From NCBI GenBank assembly GCA_038882715.1, contig JAVZNR010000009.1, positions 785-64,784 of the forward strand: DNA of 64,000 nt, in the 5' to 3' direction. The notes under the pieces were generated by a model. That model made no database searches, had not been told where the DNA came from, and saw only the letters and a program-made list of their open reading frames with translations. Positions 9,492 through 18,086 of the stretch are shown here, piece after piece; the first letter of the stretch is position 1; the number at the start of each line of letters is the position of its first letter. This DNA comes from Candidatus Bathyarchaeia archaeon. GTDB taxonomy: Archaea > Thermoproteota > Bathyarchaeia > Bathyarchaeales > DTEX01. Made by a program: the position numbers and the translations under genes.

Positions 9492-10493
9492 TCACCTGAG
9501 CTTTATTCTGGGATCTAATTTACTGTAGAGTAGATCTGCGATTAGGTTTGATGAAACCACAGCCACGGTTATTATTAGGAAGCATCCTGAAATCACCATG
9601 TAATCCCTCCCGGAGATGCTTGCGGATATATATCTTCCTATGCCCGGATACGAGAAGATTGTTTCTATAAACACCGAGCCGCTGAATATGTGGCCTATAG
9701 ATATCGCTAGGCTTGTGAAGAGAGGCAAAATAGCGTTCCGCCCAACATAAGATATAACTATCTTTTTCTCGGGCAAGCCTCTGGCTTCTGCAGCCATTAT
9801 ATAATATTCTCCTAACACGCTGATCGTACTGCTCTTCATTTGTAAAACCCATATTCCAAAAGTTGTAAGAACATAAGATAATATCGGCAGCGTCGCGTGA
9901 TAGAAGAGGCTTGATATAAACTCTAACGTGAAGCTCGGTTTTATACGTGGATCATATGGCCCTATTATTGGGCCCCTCTGCGGATCCCAGAACCATTTCA
10001 ATTGAACGCCAAGAATAATAACTATGAGAATCCCTATAACATATGGCGGTATGGCGCGGGTAACCGAGCTAAATATTGAGAAAAACCTGTCTAGGATCCC
10101 GCCTCTTTTATAGGCTATATACATTCCGAGAACTATCCCTATGGAGAAGCTCACTATGAGTGAGATCGATATCAGGAAGACTGTCCAAGGTATACCATAC
10201 ACTAGTATTTGGGTTACAGGGGCAGCGTACAAGATTGATTTGCCAAGGTCGCCGGAGAGAAAACCTCTCATATAATCTATGTACTGCTTCCAGAGCGGGT
10301 CTGTTGGAACAAATGGAACGATGGCCAGCACCCTTCGATAAGCCTCTTCAGGGTCTAATCCCTGCATAATTAGCTGTGCAACCATCACGTCAATCGGGTT
10401 GCCAGGCATCACACGTATAAGGAAAAAAATAATAGTTATTGATGTGAAGATTGTTATCGCCGCCGTAATCAGCCTTCTAATGAACCAGCGCAT
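9492..10493 (-). CDS. Opp/Dpp-type ABC transporter permease (DppB/OppB-like), locus 1
   Basis: MRWFIRRLITAAITIF...LIRVMPGNP start and the AEARGLPEKKI EAA-loop region; 333 aa. Confidence 0.9.
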   Translation of the reverse strand: MRWFIRRLITAAITIFTSITIIFFLIRVMPGNPIDVMVAQLIMQGLDPEEAYRRVLAIVPFVPTDPLWKQYIDYMRGFLSGDLGKSILYAAPVTQILVYGIPWTVFLISISLIVSFSIGIVLGMYIAYKRGGILDRFFSIFSSVTRAIPPYVIGILIVIILGVQLKWFWDPQRGPIIGPYDPRIKPSFTLEFISSLFYHATLPILSYVLTTFGIWVLQMKSSTISVLGEYYIMAAEARGLPEKKIVISYVGRNAILPLFTSLAISIGHIFSGSVFIETIFSYPGIGRYISASISGRDYMVISGCFLIITVAVVSSNLIADLLYSKLDPRIKLR

Positions 10494-10509
10494 GCCTTTC
10501 CTCTCACCA

Positions 10510-12813
10510 TTATGCTTTTACTCTTCTCCTTCTACGCAGTATGAGGAATGCTGCTAACGTTATTACAATTATTGCTATTGGCACGCCAATATATATCTCG
10601 TATGGTATTCTTTCGAAAACAGCTTCAAGTGTATGGGCAGCATCCACAGTGACCGTCACTGTCGTATCAGTGCTCACGGGAGTGCCGTCAAGCCTCCACT
10701 CCTTAAACGTGTACCCGAAGGATGGAGAAGCTGTCACGGTAACCTTGTCTCCCTGTACGTAACTGTATGTGCCCGGAGCCGGCGAGGTTGTTCCTCCACC
10801 GGAAGGCGTCACGGTGATCGTTAAGCCGAACATGGGTATGAAGACAGCCTCAAGGTTCATGTTTCTGTCCACTGTGACCGTTATTGTTGGGCTTGTTCCA
10901 GCGGATAGCCCGTCAAGCCTCCACTCTTTAAAGGTAAAGCCGCTTGCCGGCGTAGCCGTAACTGTAACTTTAGTGCCCTTCGTTTGTCTACTTGTTCCCG
11001 GAGCTGGCGAGGTGGTTCCTCCGCCAGCTGGATTTACGGATATTGTTAAGTCGAAGTTGGGCTTTATTAGAAGCCACCTGAACAGGTATGATGAGCCGTG
11101 AGCCTCATAGCTGCCTAAGCCGAGCCAATATATATCGTTCGGGTCAGGCCAGCCTCCAAATCGATGCACGTTAAGGTACATATACGCTGTTGGCGAGTAT
11201 AGTGTGAACACGGGTACCTCACTACACGTTATATAGGAGAGTATAGCGTAGATCTCGTTGCGCTCCTCTAAAGTGCACTTCGCCGGATATGTTTGCGCAT
11301 AGCGAATAAGCTCTGTAACATTTACCGGCTCAGCCCTCCACGGGACGCGTTGAATCGGGTTCATCCCATGTCCAGGATATACATGCAAGTATTTGTGATA
11401 ATACTCATCGAAGCTGAAAGCTGCTCCGCCGTAAACCCCGCAGCCAATATCGTATCGACCCTGATAAAAGTCACCCTCAGGCGAGAAGAAGACGGCTGAA
11501 TCCAGCCATATAGGTGTTATTTTAATTCCGATCTTGGATAATTGGGCCGCTATAGCCTCCATAGCCTCTATCGAAATGTATCCTGCCGCCTTCATAGTAA
11601 ATTCTAGTTTTGTTCCATCCGGCATTCTATAAATGCCATCCGGACCCTTCGTGCAGCCTATTTTTCTCAGCAGCTCCTCAGCTTTTGCCGGGTTGTAATC
11701 GTATGTGAAGTCTTTAAGCCAAGTCTCAATGAAAGATTGGTTAAGAGTAGCATATAACCCAGCGGGGTTAAAGCCAACATTATATTTCGCTGGAGTAGCG
11801 CCCGCCGGATACTGGACGAAAGCCACCTCGGTTCTATTTATCCCGTACGCTATAGCTTGCCTAACCTCCTTATAGTAGAGCGGGTTTGGTGAGCCGTCTG
11901 GTCGAGTTGGCCTATTATTGAAGTATAATGTTATCCCGACTGGTCTCGGCACGCCGATTATTACCCAGCCGGGTTTACCCACCATGAGGTCATGCTGCTC
12001 CTTTGTCGGAATAGCCCAGTGATAATCTAATTGCCCTTCAGAGAGCATCGCCCATAAGACATCAGCAGCTGTCACTCTAACTAAGCGAATCTCATCTATG
12101 TCTGGAACGCCCCTCCAATACCCTTCAAACTTCTCTAGCACTATCTCGGTCTCAGACACGTACTTGAGTTTAAATGGTCCTGTTCCAATCGGTCTTTCAG
12201 GTCTAAGGTCCAGCATCTCCTTCCGCAGATCAACAAATGGGCTTTCATCCACAAATATATCGTATCCTTCCCTCATCTTCTCATAAACTCTTCGGGCTAT
12301 ATCGCCGTATATCATGCGCGGTAAGACAACCCAGTGCCACAGTATATAGAATGGGCAGTAATCGTTCTTCTCCTTCATGTAAAAGACTAACGTGTGGCTG
12401 TCAGCGATCGTTATATTCTTCAAGTAATACCAGGCTCTGTCCTTAAGCAGGTAGATGCAGTGCCAAGTAGCCCATAAGTCTGTCGCATTGAACTCTGATC
12501 CGTCATGCCACTTGACTCCCTTTCTTAACTTTAAAGTGAACACCATATAATCCTCATAAGTCCACTCAGCGGCCAAATGAGGTAGATACGAGCCGTTTGC
12601 TGGGAAATAATGCGTTAAAGGCTCATAAATTAGCCATGTGGGTAAGCATCCGCTAGCAAAATAGTTCCAATGTCCAACTGGCGGAGGATTATAGCCCCAA
12701 GGTCTACTGAAAACTATCTTCTCCTCCTGTGCAGAGCCAACGCCTATCAGCGTAAGAGCAACAAGAGATATCAACAGAGATATAAGAAAGACTCTAGATG
12801 AAGACTTTAACAT
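10510..12813 (-). CDS. family-5 (Opp/Dpp-type) solute-binding protein with two C-terminal InlB-B-repeat-like domains and a C-terminal TM anchor, locus 1
   Basis: Signal/anchor helix, an SBP_bac_5-like core (GTGPFKL, KWHDGSEF), then 2 x roughly 75-aa repeats and IPYEIYIGVPIAIIVITLAAFLILRRRRR. ATG 12813 is preceded by GGGGAAGGG (the track start is TTG 12825). Confidence 0.85.
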   Translation of the reverse strand: MLKSSSRVFLISLLISLVALTLIGVGSAQEEKIVFSRPWGYNPPPVGHWNYFASGCLPTWLIYEPLTHYFPANGSYLPHLAAEWTYEDYMVFTLKLRKGVKWHDGSEFNATDLWATWHCIYLLKDRAWYYLKNITIADSHTLVFYMKEKNDYCPFYILWHWVVLPRMIYGDIARRVYEKMREGYDIFVDESPFVDLRKEMLDLRPERPIGTGPFKLKYVSETEIVLEKFEGYWRGVPDIDEIRLVRVTAADVLWAMLSEGQLDYHWAIPTKEQHDLMVGKPGWVIIGVPRPVGITLYFNNRPTRPDGSPNPLYYKEVRQAIAYGINRTEVAFVQYPAGATPAKYNVGFNPAGLYATLNQSFIETWLKDFTYDYNPAKAEELLRKIGCTKGPDGIYRMPDGTKLEFTMKAAGYISIEAMEAIAAQLSKIGIKITPIWLDSAVFFSPEGDFYQGRYDIGCGVYGGAAFSFDEYYHKYLHVYPGHGMNPIQRVPWRAEPVNVTELIRYAQTYPAKCTLEERNEIYAILSYITCSEVPVFTLYSPTAYMYLNVHRFGGWPDPNDIYWLGLGSYEAHGSSYLFRWLLIKPNFDLTISVNPAGGGTTSPAPGTSRQTKGTKVTVTATPASGFTFKEWRLDGLSAGTSPTITVTVDRNMNLEAVFIPMFGLTITVTPSGGGTTSPAPGTYSYVQGDKVTVTASPSFGYTFKEWRLDGTPVSTDTTVTVTVDAAHTLEAVFERIPYEIYIGVPIAIIVITLAAFLILRRRRRVKA
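10606..11058 (-). repeat. tandem duplication (period about 220 nt) encoding two B-repeat-like beta domains inside the SBP gene
   Basis: LTISVNPAGGGTTSPAPGTSRQTKGTKVTVTATPASGFTFKEWRLDG...LEAVF versus LTITVTPSGGGTTSPAPGTYSYVQGDKVTVTASPSFGYTFKEWRLDG...LEAVF. The DNA copies are visibly similar (for example CCGGAGC-GGCGAGGT-GTTCCTCC). Confidence 0.85.
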
Positions 12814-12831
12814 ACCCTTCCCCAAAAAATT

Positions 12832-12853
12832 TTTAAATAAACTTTTATTTAAA
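12832..12853 (-). promoter_or_regulatory. AT-only perfect inverted repeat TTTAAATAAA-CT-TTTATTTAAA (TATA-like), directly upstream of the SBP gene inside the operon
   Basis: Read directly from the sequence. TTTTAAATAAA occurs again at 12857-12867. It is a plausible internal promoter for the SBP gene. Confidence 0.45.
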
Positions 12854-12895
12854 TTTTTTAAATAAATTTTTCCTTTAAACGTGCGAGGAATTAAT

Positions 12896-13672
12896 CTACG
12901 TCATCGGTCTCACGACGCTGAATTCCTCATATATGTCGCGTGTCCCGACACGGTATCTTCCCGGCGGGAAGGGAACGCTAGGAGAAAGATACAGCATATC
13001 TACTACTGTCATCTTTTCTTTGGGGCCCAGAAGGATTGACGTCGGATCCCCTTTGACGTCCCTAACGTATACCCAAGAAGTTCCGTTAAATACTTCGAAC
13101 CGTAGCTCGCAGGCCGTATTAGCGAATAGTATGGATTCATTAAGATTATTTACGACAGTTATAGTTATAGGTTCACCCTGAGTGTAGGATACCTTGTTAA
13201 GCGATATTGAGATCGGCTTAATTTGGGCGGGCGGTTTAGGAGGACTTGCATTCACAAATATCTTCTGCTGATATTCTTGAGAGAAAATCCAGTAGGATAG
13301 CAGGAAGCGTAGAATGATAATGTAGTTTCCGGGCTTAAACGCCGTAATACAAAGGGAACATGATATATTTTTACCCTTCTCCACGTTTGCTTCCCACATA
13401 TATGGGAAGGTGCGAGGGATAATTCTATAATCTTGGGTTGTAAGCATCAGCTCCTCTGAGAAATGGTCTATGCTTATTTTGATAGAGGCGCCGAAAAGGG
13501 ATTCGACAGGGGATTCATATCTATAGGTAGCGGTTTGATTCACGTAAACATTTAAAGTAACATCCTTAGGCGGCAACGTAAGTTTAGGAGATGCTCCAGG
13601 AACAAAGTAGAAGAACCATCCCGCCACCAATACAGCGGCTATTAGAAGCGTTAAAAGGGCTTTTTTGCCCAT
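12896..13672 (-). CDS. hypothetical N-terminally anchored extracytoplasmic beta-rich protein embedded in ABC locus 1
   Basis: N-terminal TM helix (ALLTLLIAAVLVAGWFFYF). The rest is hydrophilic and beta-rich, and I recognise no motif. The frame is intact. Confidence 0.6.
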   Translation of the reverse strand: MGKKALLTLLIAAVLVAGWFFYFVPGASPKLTLPPKDVTLNVYVNQTATYRYESPVESLFGASIKISIDHFSEELMLTTQDYRIIPRTFPYMWEANVEKGKNISCSLCITAFKPGNYIIILRFLLSYWIFSQEYQQKIFVNASPPKPPAQIKPISISLNKVSYTQGEPITITVVNNLNESILFANTACELRFEVFNGTSWVYVRDVKGDPTSILLGPKEKMTVVDMLYLSPSVPFPPGRYRVGTRDIYEEFSVVRPMT

Positions 13673-13710
13673 CAACCTCAACCATCACTTAAAGCGGTTT
13701 TAGAGAACTT

Positions 13711-14715
13711 CTATATAAAGTTTTCAGCAAAGTGGCATGCCACTAGTCGACCTTTAACATCCCTCAACTCAGGAGAACTCTCAACGCATATTTTTTCCGA
13801 GTAGGGGCATCTAGTGTTAAACTTGCAGCCCGGAATTGTCTCGGTGATCTTTGGCACATCTAGACTTTTAAGATTAGGTAGCTCTCTTTCCCTAGAGATT
13901 TTTGGGTCTGGAATCGGTGTTGCTGCTATAAGCGCCTGCGTATATGGATGGATTGGTTTTTGAATCACGGAGTCGCCTTCACCAACCTCAACGATTCTAC
14001 CCAGATACATAATTATGATTCTGCCTCCCCCCTTTAATACAAAGTACCGTGCAATAGCTAAGTCATGTGTAATGAACAGGTAGGCGTGATGGAACTTCCT
14101 TTGCAGGTCGAGCATTAAATCTAGGGCGCCGATCCTGAGACATGCGTCAAGCATAGATACGGCTTCGTCTGCAACAATGAACTCTGGGTTAACCGATAAA
14201 GCCCTAGCTAAAATTATTCTTTGCATTTGCCCCCCGCTCATCCTTGAGGGATACCTCGATAAAAAGTCTTCTGGAGGCGTGAGACCTACTAGGCTGAGCA
14301 AATCAGCAGCTCTTTTGAAGGCTTCTTCCTTACTCTGGACGATTTTATGTTGAATCATAGCTGGCGCTAGTGATTGAAAAATTGTTCTAACAGGGTTTAT
14401 GCTTGAATACGGGTCCTGATGAATTATTTGAGCTTTACGGCGGAACTCTTTAAACTCTTTTTCACTCATCTTCCAGATATCTTTGCCCTTATAGAGGACT
14501 GAGCCGCTTGTTGGAAGGAGAAGCCCTAGCATCAGCCTTCCTAAAGTACTCTTCCCGCAGCCGCTCTCACCAACAAGAGCAACATTCTCCCCTCTATTAA
14601 TCACAAGGGAAACATCATCCACAGCCTTAATAAACCTCTTTTCCTTAAATACGCCGCCACCTATAGCGAAGACCTTAGATAAATCCTTAGCCGCGATCAG
14701 CGGGTTCTCAATCAA
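13711..14715 (-). CDS. Opp/Dpp-type ABC transporter ATP-binding protein (DppF/OppF-like), locus 1
   Basis: Walker A GESGCGKST, signature MSGGQMQR, Walker B IVADEAVSMLD, and a C-terminal oligopeptide-type Cys motif. Confidence 0.92.
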   Translation of the reverse strand: MIENPLIAAKDLSKVFAIGGGVFKEKRFIKAVDDVSLVINRGENVALVGESGCGKSTLGRLMLGLLLPTSGSVLYKGKDIWKMSEKEFKEFRRKAQIIHQDPYSSINPVRTIFQSLAPAMIQHKIVQSKEEAFKRAADLLSLVGLTPPEDFLSRYPSRMSGGQMQRIILARALSVNPEFIVADEAVSMLDACLRIGALDLMLDLQRKFHHAYLFITHDLAIARYFVLKGGGRIIIMYLGRIVEVGEGDSVIQKPIHPYTQALIAATPIPDPKISRERELPNLKSLDVPKITETIPGCKFNTRCPYSEKICVESSPELRDVKGRLVACHFAENFI

Positions 14716-15706
14716 ACTTTATCTCCCTCCAACGGTGGCACGCTATAAACCTTACCTCATCAATCCCCTCCAACTCCGGCCTAACCTCCCTACAAATCTT
14801 TATCGCATATGGGCAGCGCGGGTGAAAGCCGCATCCTGGAGGAGGGTTTACCGGGTCGGGTAAAGGGCCTGGTAAAGGTCTCAGCTCACTAATATCGCCA
14901 ATTATTGAGGGTATGGCGCTTAAAAGCGCTTTGGTGTAAGGATGTCTTGGTCTATAAAATATGTCTTCGACGCCGCCAATCTCAACTATTGTTCCACCAT
15001 ACATTATAGCTACTCTATCAGCTATCTCGGCCACAGTAGCCAAGTCGTGAGTTATAAATATCATTGTGAGCCCAAATTCCTTTCTTAAATCTCTTAGGAT
15101 CCTTATAAAGAACTTTTGTGTTAACACGTCAAGGGCTGAGGTAGGCTCATCCAATATGAGAACTTTGGGTTTAAGTAGTAGGGCCATCGCGCTAATTGTC
15201 CTTTGCTTCATCCCACCACTTAATTCATGCGGATAGCGCCCAAGAACCGTCTCCGGATCCAGCCTAACCATCTTCAAGAGATCTATAGATCTCTTTTTAA
15301 TTTCCTCCTTCAATACATTTTTTTCATGCGCTAAAACAGTGTCAACCATGTGGTCGAAAACCTTCATCACAGGATTCAGGGAATTGAAAGCTCCCTGAAA
15401 GATTATTGCGACGTCTTTCCAACGATATCTTCTCAACTCCTTTTTACTTAAAGAGTACACATCTTTTGCGCCATCGAATATCACTTTTCCAGATTTAATA
15501 TATCCATTGGGATCGACAAGTTTCAACAGCGCATGCGCGAACACGGATTTACCACAGCCACTTTCACCAACAAGCCCAAGCACTTCTCCCTCATAGACGT
15601 CTAGATTCAGACCGTCAACCGCCCTAAGGATACCTCTCGGAACCCTAAACTCGACAGTTAGACCCCTAACGCTGAGGATAACTTTCCGTTGTGACATATG
15701 TCTCAC
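14708..15706 (-). CDS. Opp/Dpp-type ABC transporter ATP-binding protein (DppD/OppD-like), locus 1
   Basis: GESGCGKSV, LSGGMKQR, LILDEPTSALD, and C-terminal GCGFHPRCP. It overlaps the next gene by 8 nt. Confidence 0.92.
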   Translation of the reverse strand: MRHMSQRKVILSVRGLTVEFRVPRGILRAVDGLNLDVYEGEVLGLVGESGCGKSVFAHALLKLVDPNGYIKSGKVIFDGAKDVYSLSKKELRRYRWKDVAIIFQGAFNSLNPVMKVFDHMVDTVLAHEKNVLKEEIKKRSIDLLKMVRLDPETVLGRYPHELSGGMKQRTISAMALLLKPKVLILDEPTSALDVLTQKFFIRILRDLRKEFGLTMIFITHDLATVAEIADRVAIMYGGTIVEIGGVEDIFYRPRHPYTKALLSAIPSIIGDISELRPLPGPLPDPVNPPPGCGFHPRCPYAIKICREVRPELEGIDEVRFIACHRWREIKFD

Positions 15707-15723
15707 ATATTTAAATTAGGAAC

Positions 15724-15750
15724 TCTTAATAAAGTTTTTGAACTTAAGAG
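15724..15750. promoter_or_regulatory. 7-bp inverted repeat CTCTTAA-N13-TTAAGAG in the divergent promoter between ABC locus 1 and the heparinase-like gene
   Basis: Read directly from the sequence. It overlaps the AT-rich TATA-like tract TTAATAAAG. Confidence 0.25.
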
Positions 15751-15821
15751 CGGGGAGATTCGTGCTTTATGTGAAAAAGTTTTTAGGTGTTCAGACACTT
15801 GGACTTATAGGGTGAAGGGCC

Positions 15822-18053
15822 TTGGTTACCAAAAGAGAATACCTAGAGTATATTAAGGAATATTATGAGAAGACTGCGAAAGATTTTGATAGACAAATGA
15901 ACGACTGGATTAGAAGGATTGAGGAAACAAAGATTTTCGACCCCCCGATGATCCCGGTCACTCAAGCAGTTTTAGAAAGCCTGTTCTATTCTGTTACAAA
16001 AGAGGTTGAGTACGCTGAAAAATCTAGGGAATTATTGTTAACTTACGTTAAGCTGCCCGGCATGGTTTCAGAGATAATTGGACGAAACGTGTATCCGACG
16101 GTAAACTGGTTTAATGGTGTCACTCTTTTCCTGTTCGCATACGAGCTCATAAAAGATAGTGGTATAATTAAAGAGGGAGACCTAGAGAAATTTAAGCGTA
16201 TAATTGGCTTTTCTTTGGAGCCGCTATTCGCTTTTCCAGAGTGGGGGCCGCACAACCGCGCGATTAAAAGGGGGCTGGCTTTAACCTACGCCGCAAAAAT
16301 GTTTCCAGACCATCCTAAGGCCAGCTTATGGAATAAGCTTGGTAATATTTTAGTTGACGCCAGCTTGGGGCATTGGTCGCTTGAAGACAGCGAGCTATAT
16401 TCAGCGATATGGCTGGCAGACATCCTTCTGTACATAGATTTAGTTGGAAAGGATAGCCGGATATTTCAGTCGCCAATGCTGAAATATTATTTTGATTACT
16501 TTACTTTTCTTCTCTGCCCGCTTGGCATGATACCTGACTTCGGGGACGCTACATGGGGGTCTCCCGTAGACCTCTACATGATGATACTGGAGAAGGGAGC
16601 CTCGGTTTATCGTGATCCATACATGAAATACGCCGCAGATAAAATATTCCGTTTCGCTAGGAAAGAAGGAAAGTTTGGAGTTTTCTCAGTTTTCGCTTAC
16701 TTATGGGCTGATGATTCAATAGGGCCTATGAAGCCACGCGTCCTCAGCCGAGAGGTTTTAGACGAGTTGATTGGCAAGAAGATTGTTTTTAGGAGCGGAT
16801 GGGATGATGATTCAACATACATGTTGCTAAACTATATGGATGAGGGCGATGTTGGCTGGTATTATAAGGAGCATTTACGAAACACTCTCGTTGTCACGGC
16901 TGAAAAAATGCATCATGGGCATGCTGACGAAAATTCCATTGTGGCGCTGATTTATGACGGCGCGTTTCTTCTCCATGACGGAGGATATCGAGAGGCTCTG
17001 CCGGACGGCGAGTATAGAGCGGACATTTATCATAACCGTATAGTTGTACGGGAGGGAGGGCCAGCGAACCAAAAACTTCTTAGTTTCCTACGTAATAAGC
17101 TAGACTACCAGCAGGTCAGGACGAGAAGAGTCCATTTTAAAGTCTTTAGAGACGTAGATGTGAGTCGCACTGAGGTTATGGATGAGAGAAACGGCTATTA
17201 CTGGGATAGAGTTGTAACATATCTGAAGGGATTAGAGGCTTTCATAGTACATGATGGCGTAAAAATTTTACGTAACGGGAAATTTACGCTAAGCAATCTC
17301 TTCTGGACACAAAGAATTCATGAGATGGGAGACGAGTACTTTGACACATCTATTGAGCGCATCGGGGTTGTTGGTGCGCTGTTTAATCCTAAGATAACTA
17401 TGGAGCAGCGGAGACTCCTCGCGTGGCCAAACAAAGAGGGAATACGCTTACTAATATATTTTAGTCCCATCGAGGGCGGAGCCGTAAGCGTTGAAGAATC
17501 TATGCGCTGCTACCTTCCCGAGAAGTGCGTGTACCAAACCATATCTAAAGACTTTTGCGAAGGGGAGTACTTCTCCTTTACAACAGTATTATGGCCTCAT
17601 GGGGAGAGCGAAGATACAGATAAGGTTTTAGATGGAATAGAGATGGTGAAGGTGGATAGATATCCCAACGCGACTGCTATAAAGATTAGGTTGCCAGATA
17701 GGGAGGTTACAGTATGCGCGAAACATAATCTTTCCATAGGGTTGGTTAGATCTAACATGAGGCCGGTTTATACTTATGAGGATGGGAAAATTCGTTACGA
17801 TGAAATTGTAAGCGATGCAGCGTATATTTACACAGGGTTATTTTCAAATAACACTTTGAGATTCGCTTTTATCGATGGCATGAAAATATTCTTTAAGGAA
17901 ATAAAGTTATTTTCCTCAGAGGAACCCTCGATCATAGATCTCAGCCATAGATCAGACATAGAGAGAGAAGGCTACTTTAAGACAGAGAGGGAATACTGGA
18001 AATATGAGCTTAAGACAAAATGGGATTCTTGGGAAGGAGAAGTTAAATTATAG
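15822..18053 (+). CDS. heparinase II/III-like (polysaccharide lyase-like) protein, no signal peptide
   Basis: 743 aa. An alpha-rich N-terminal half is followed by a beta-rich half, with MHHGHADENSIVAL resembling the heparinase II/III H-x-H/D motif. TTG start with GGGTGAAGGG upstream. Confidence 0.55.
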   Translation: MVTKREYLEYIKEYYEKTAKDFDRQMNDWIRRIEETKIFDPPMIPVTQAVLESLFYSVTKEVEYAEKSRELLLTYVKLPGMVSEIIGRNVYPTVNWFNGVTLFLFAYELIKDSGIIKEGDLEKFKRIIGFSLEPLFAFPEWGPHNRAIKRGLALTYAAKMFPDHPKASLWNKLGNILVDASLGHWSLEDSELYSAIWLADILLYIDLVGKDSRIFQSPMLKYYFDYFTFLLCPLGMIPDFGDATWGSPVDLYMMILEKGASVYRDPYMKYAADKIFRFARKEGKFGVFSVFAYLWADDSIGPMKPRVLSREVLDELIGKKIVFRSGWDDDSTYMLLNYMDEGDVGWYYKEHLRNTLVVTAEKMHHGHADENSIVALIYDGAFLLHDGGYREALPDGEYRADIYHNRIVVREGGPANQKLLSFLRNKLDYQQVRTRRVHFKVFRDVDVSRTEVMDERNGYYWDRVVTYLKGLEAFIVHDGVKILRNGKFTLSNLFWTQRIHEMGDEYFDTSIERIGVVGALFNPKITMEQRRLLAWPNKEGIRLLIYFSPIEGGAVSVEESMRCYLPEKCVYQTISKDFCEGEYFSFTTVLWPHGESEDTDKVLDGIEMVKVDRYPNATAIKIRLPDREVTVCAKHNLSIGLVRSNMRPVYTYEDGKIRYDEIVSDAAYIYTGLFSNNTLRFAFIDGMKIFFKEIKLFSSEEPSIIDLSHRSDIEREGYFKTEREYWKYELKTKWDSWEGEVKL

Positions 18054-18086
18054 CGATCCTTGGATTTTAATTCTCATCGATCAGCC

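Noticed and set aside
10541-11101. Several plus-strand track ORFs (73, 63 and 110 aa) rich in V/T/P/G
   Set aside because: They are antisense shadows of the repeated B-repeat domains of the SBP gene, which is the frame with clear homology.
15701-15718. 10-bp palindrome GACATATGTC at the start codon of the locus-1 ATPase gene as an operator
   Set aside because: It is short, it contains the self-complementary CATATG around the start codon, and it is plausibly coincidental.
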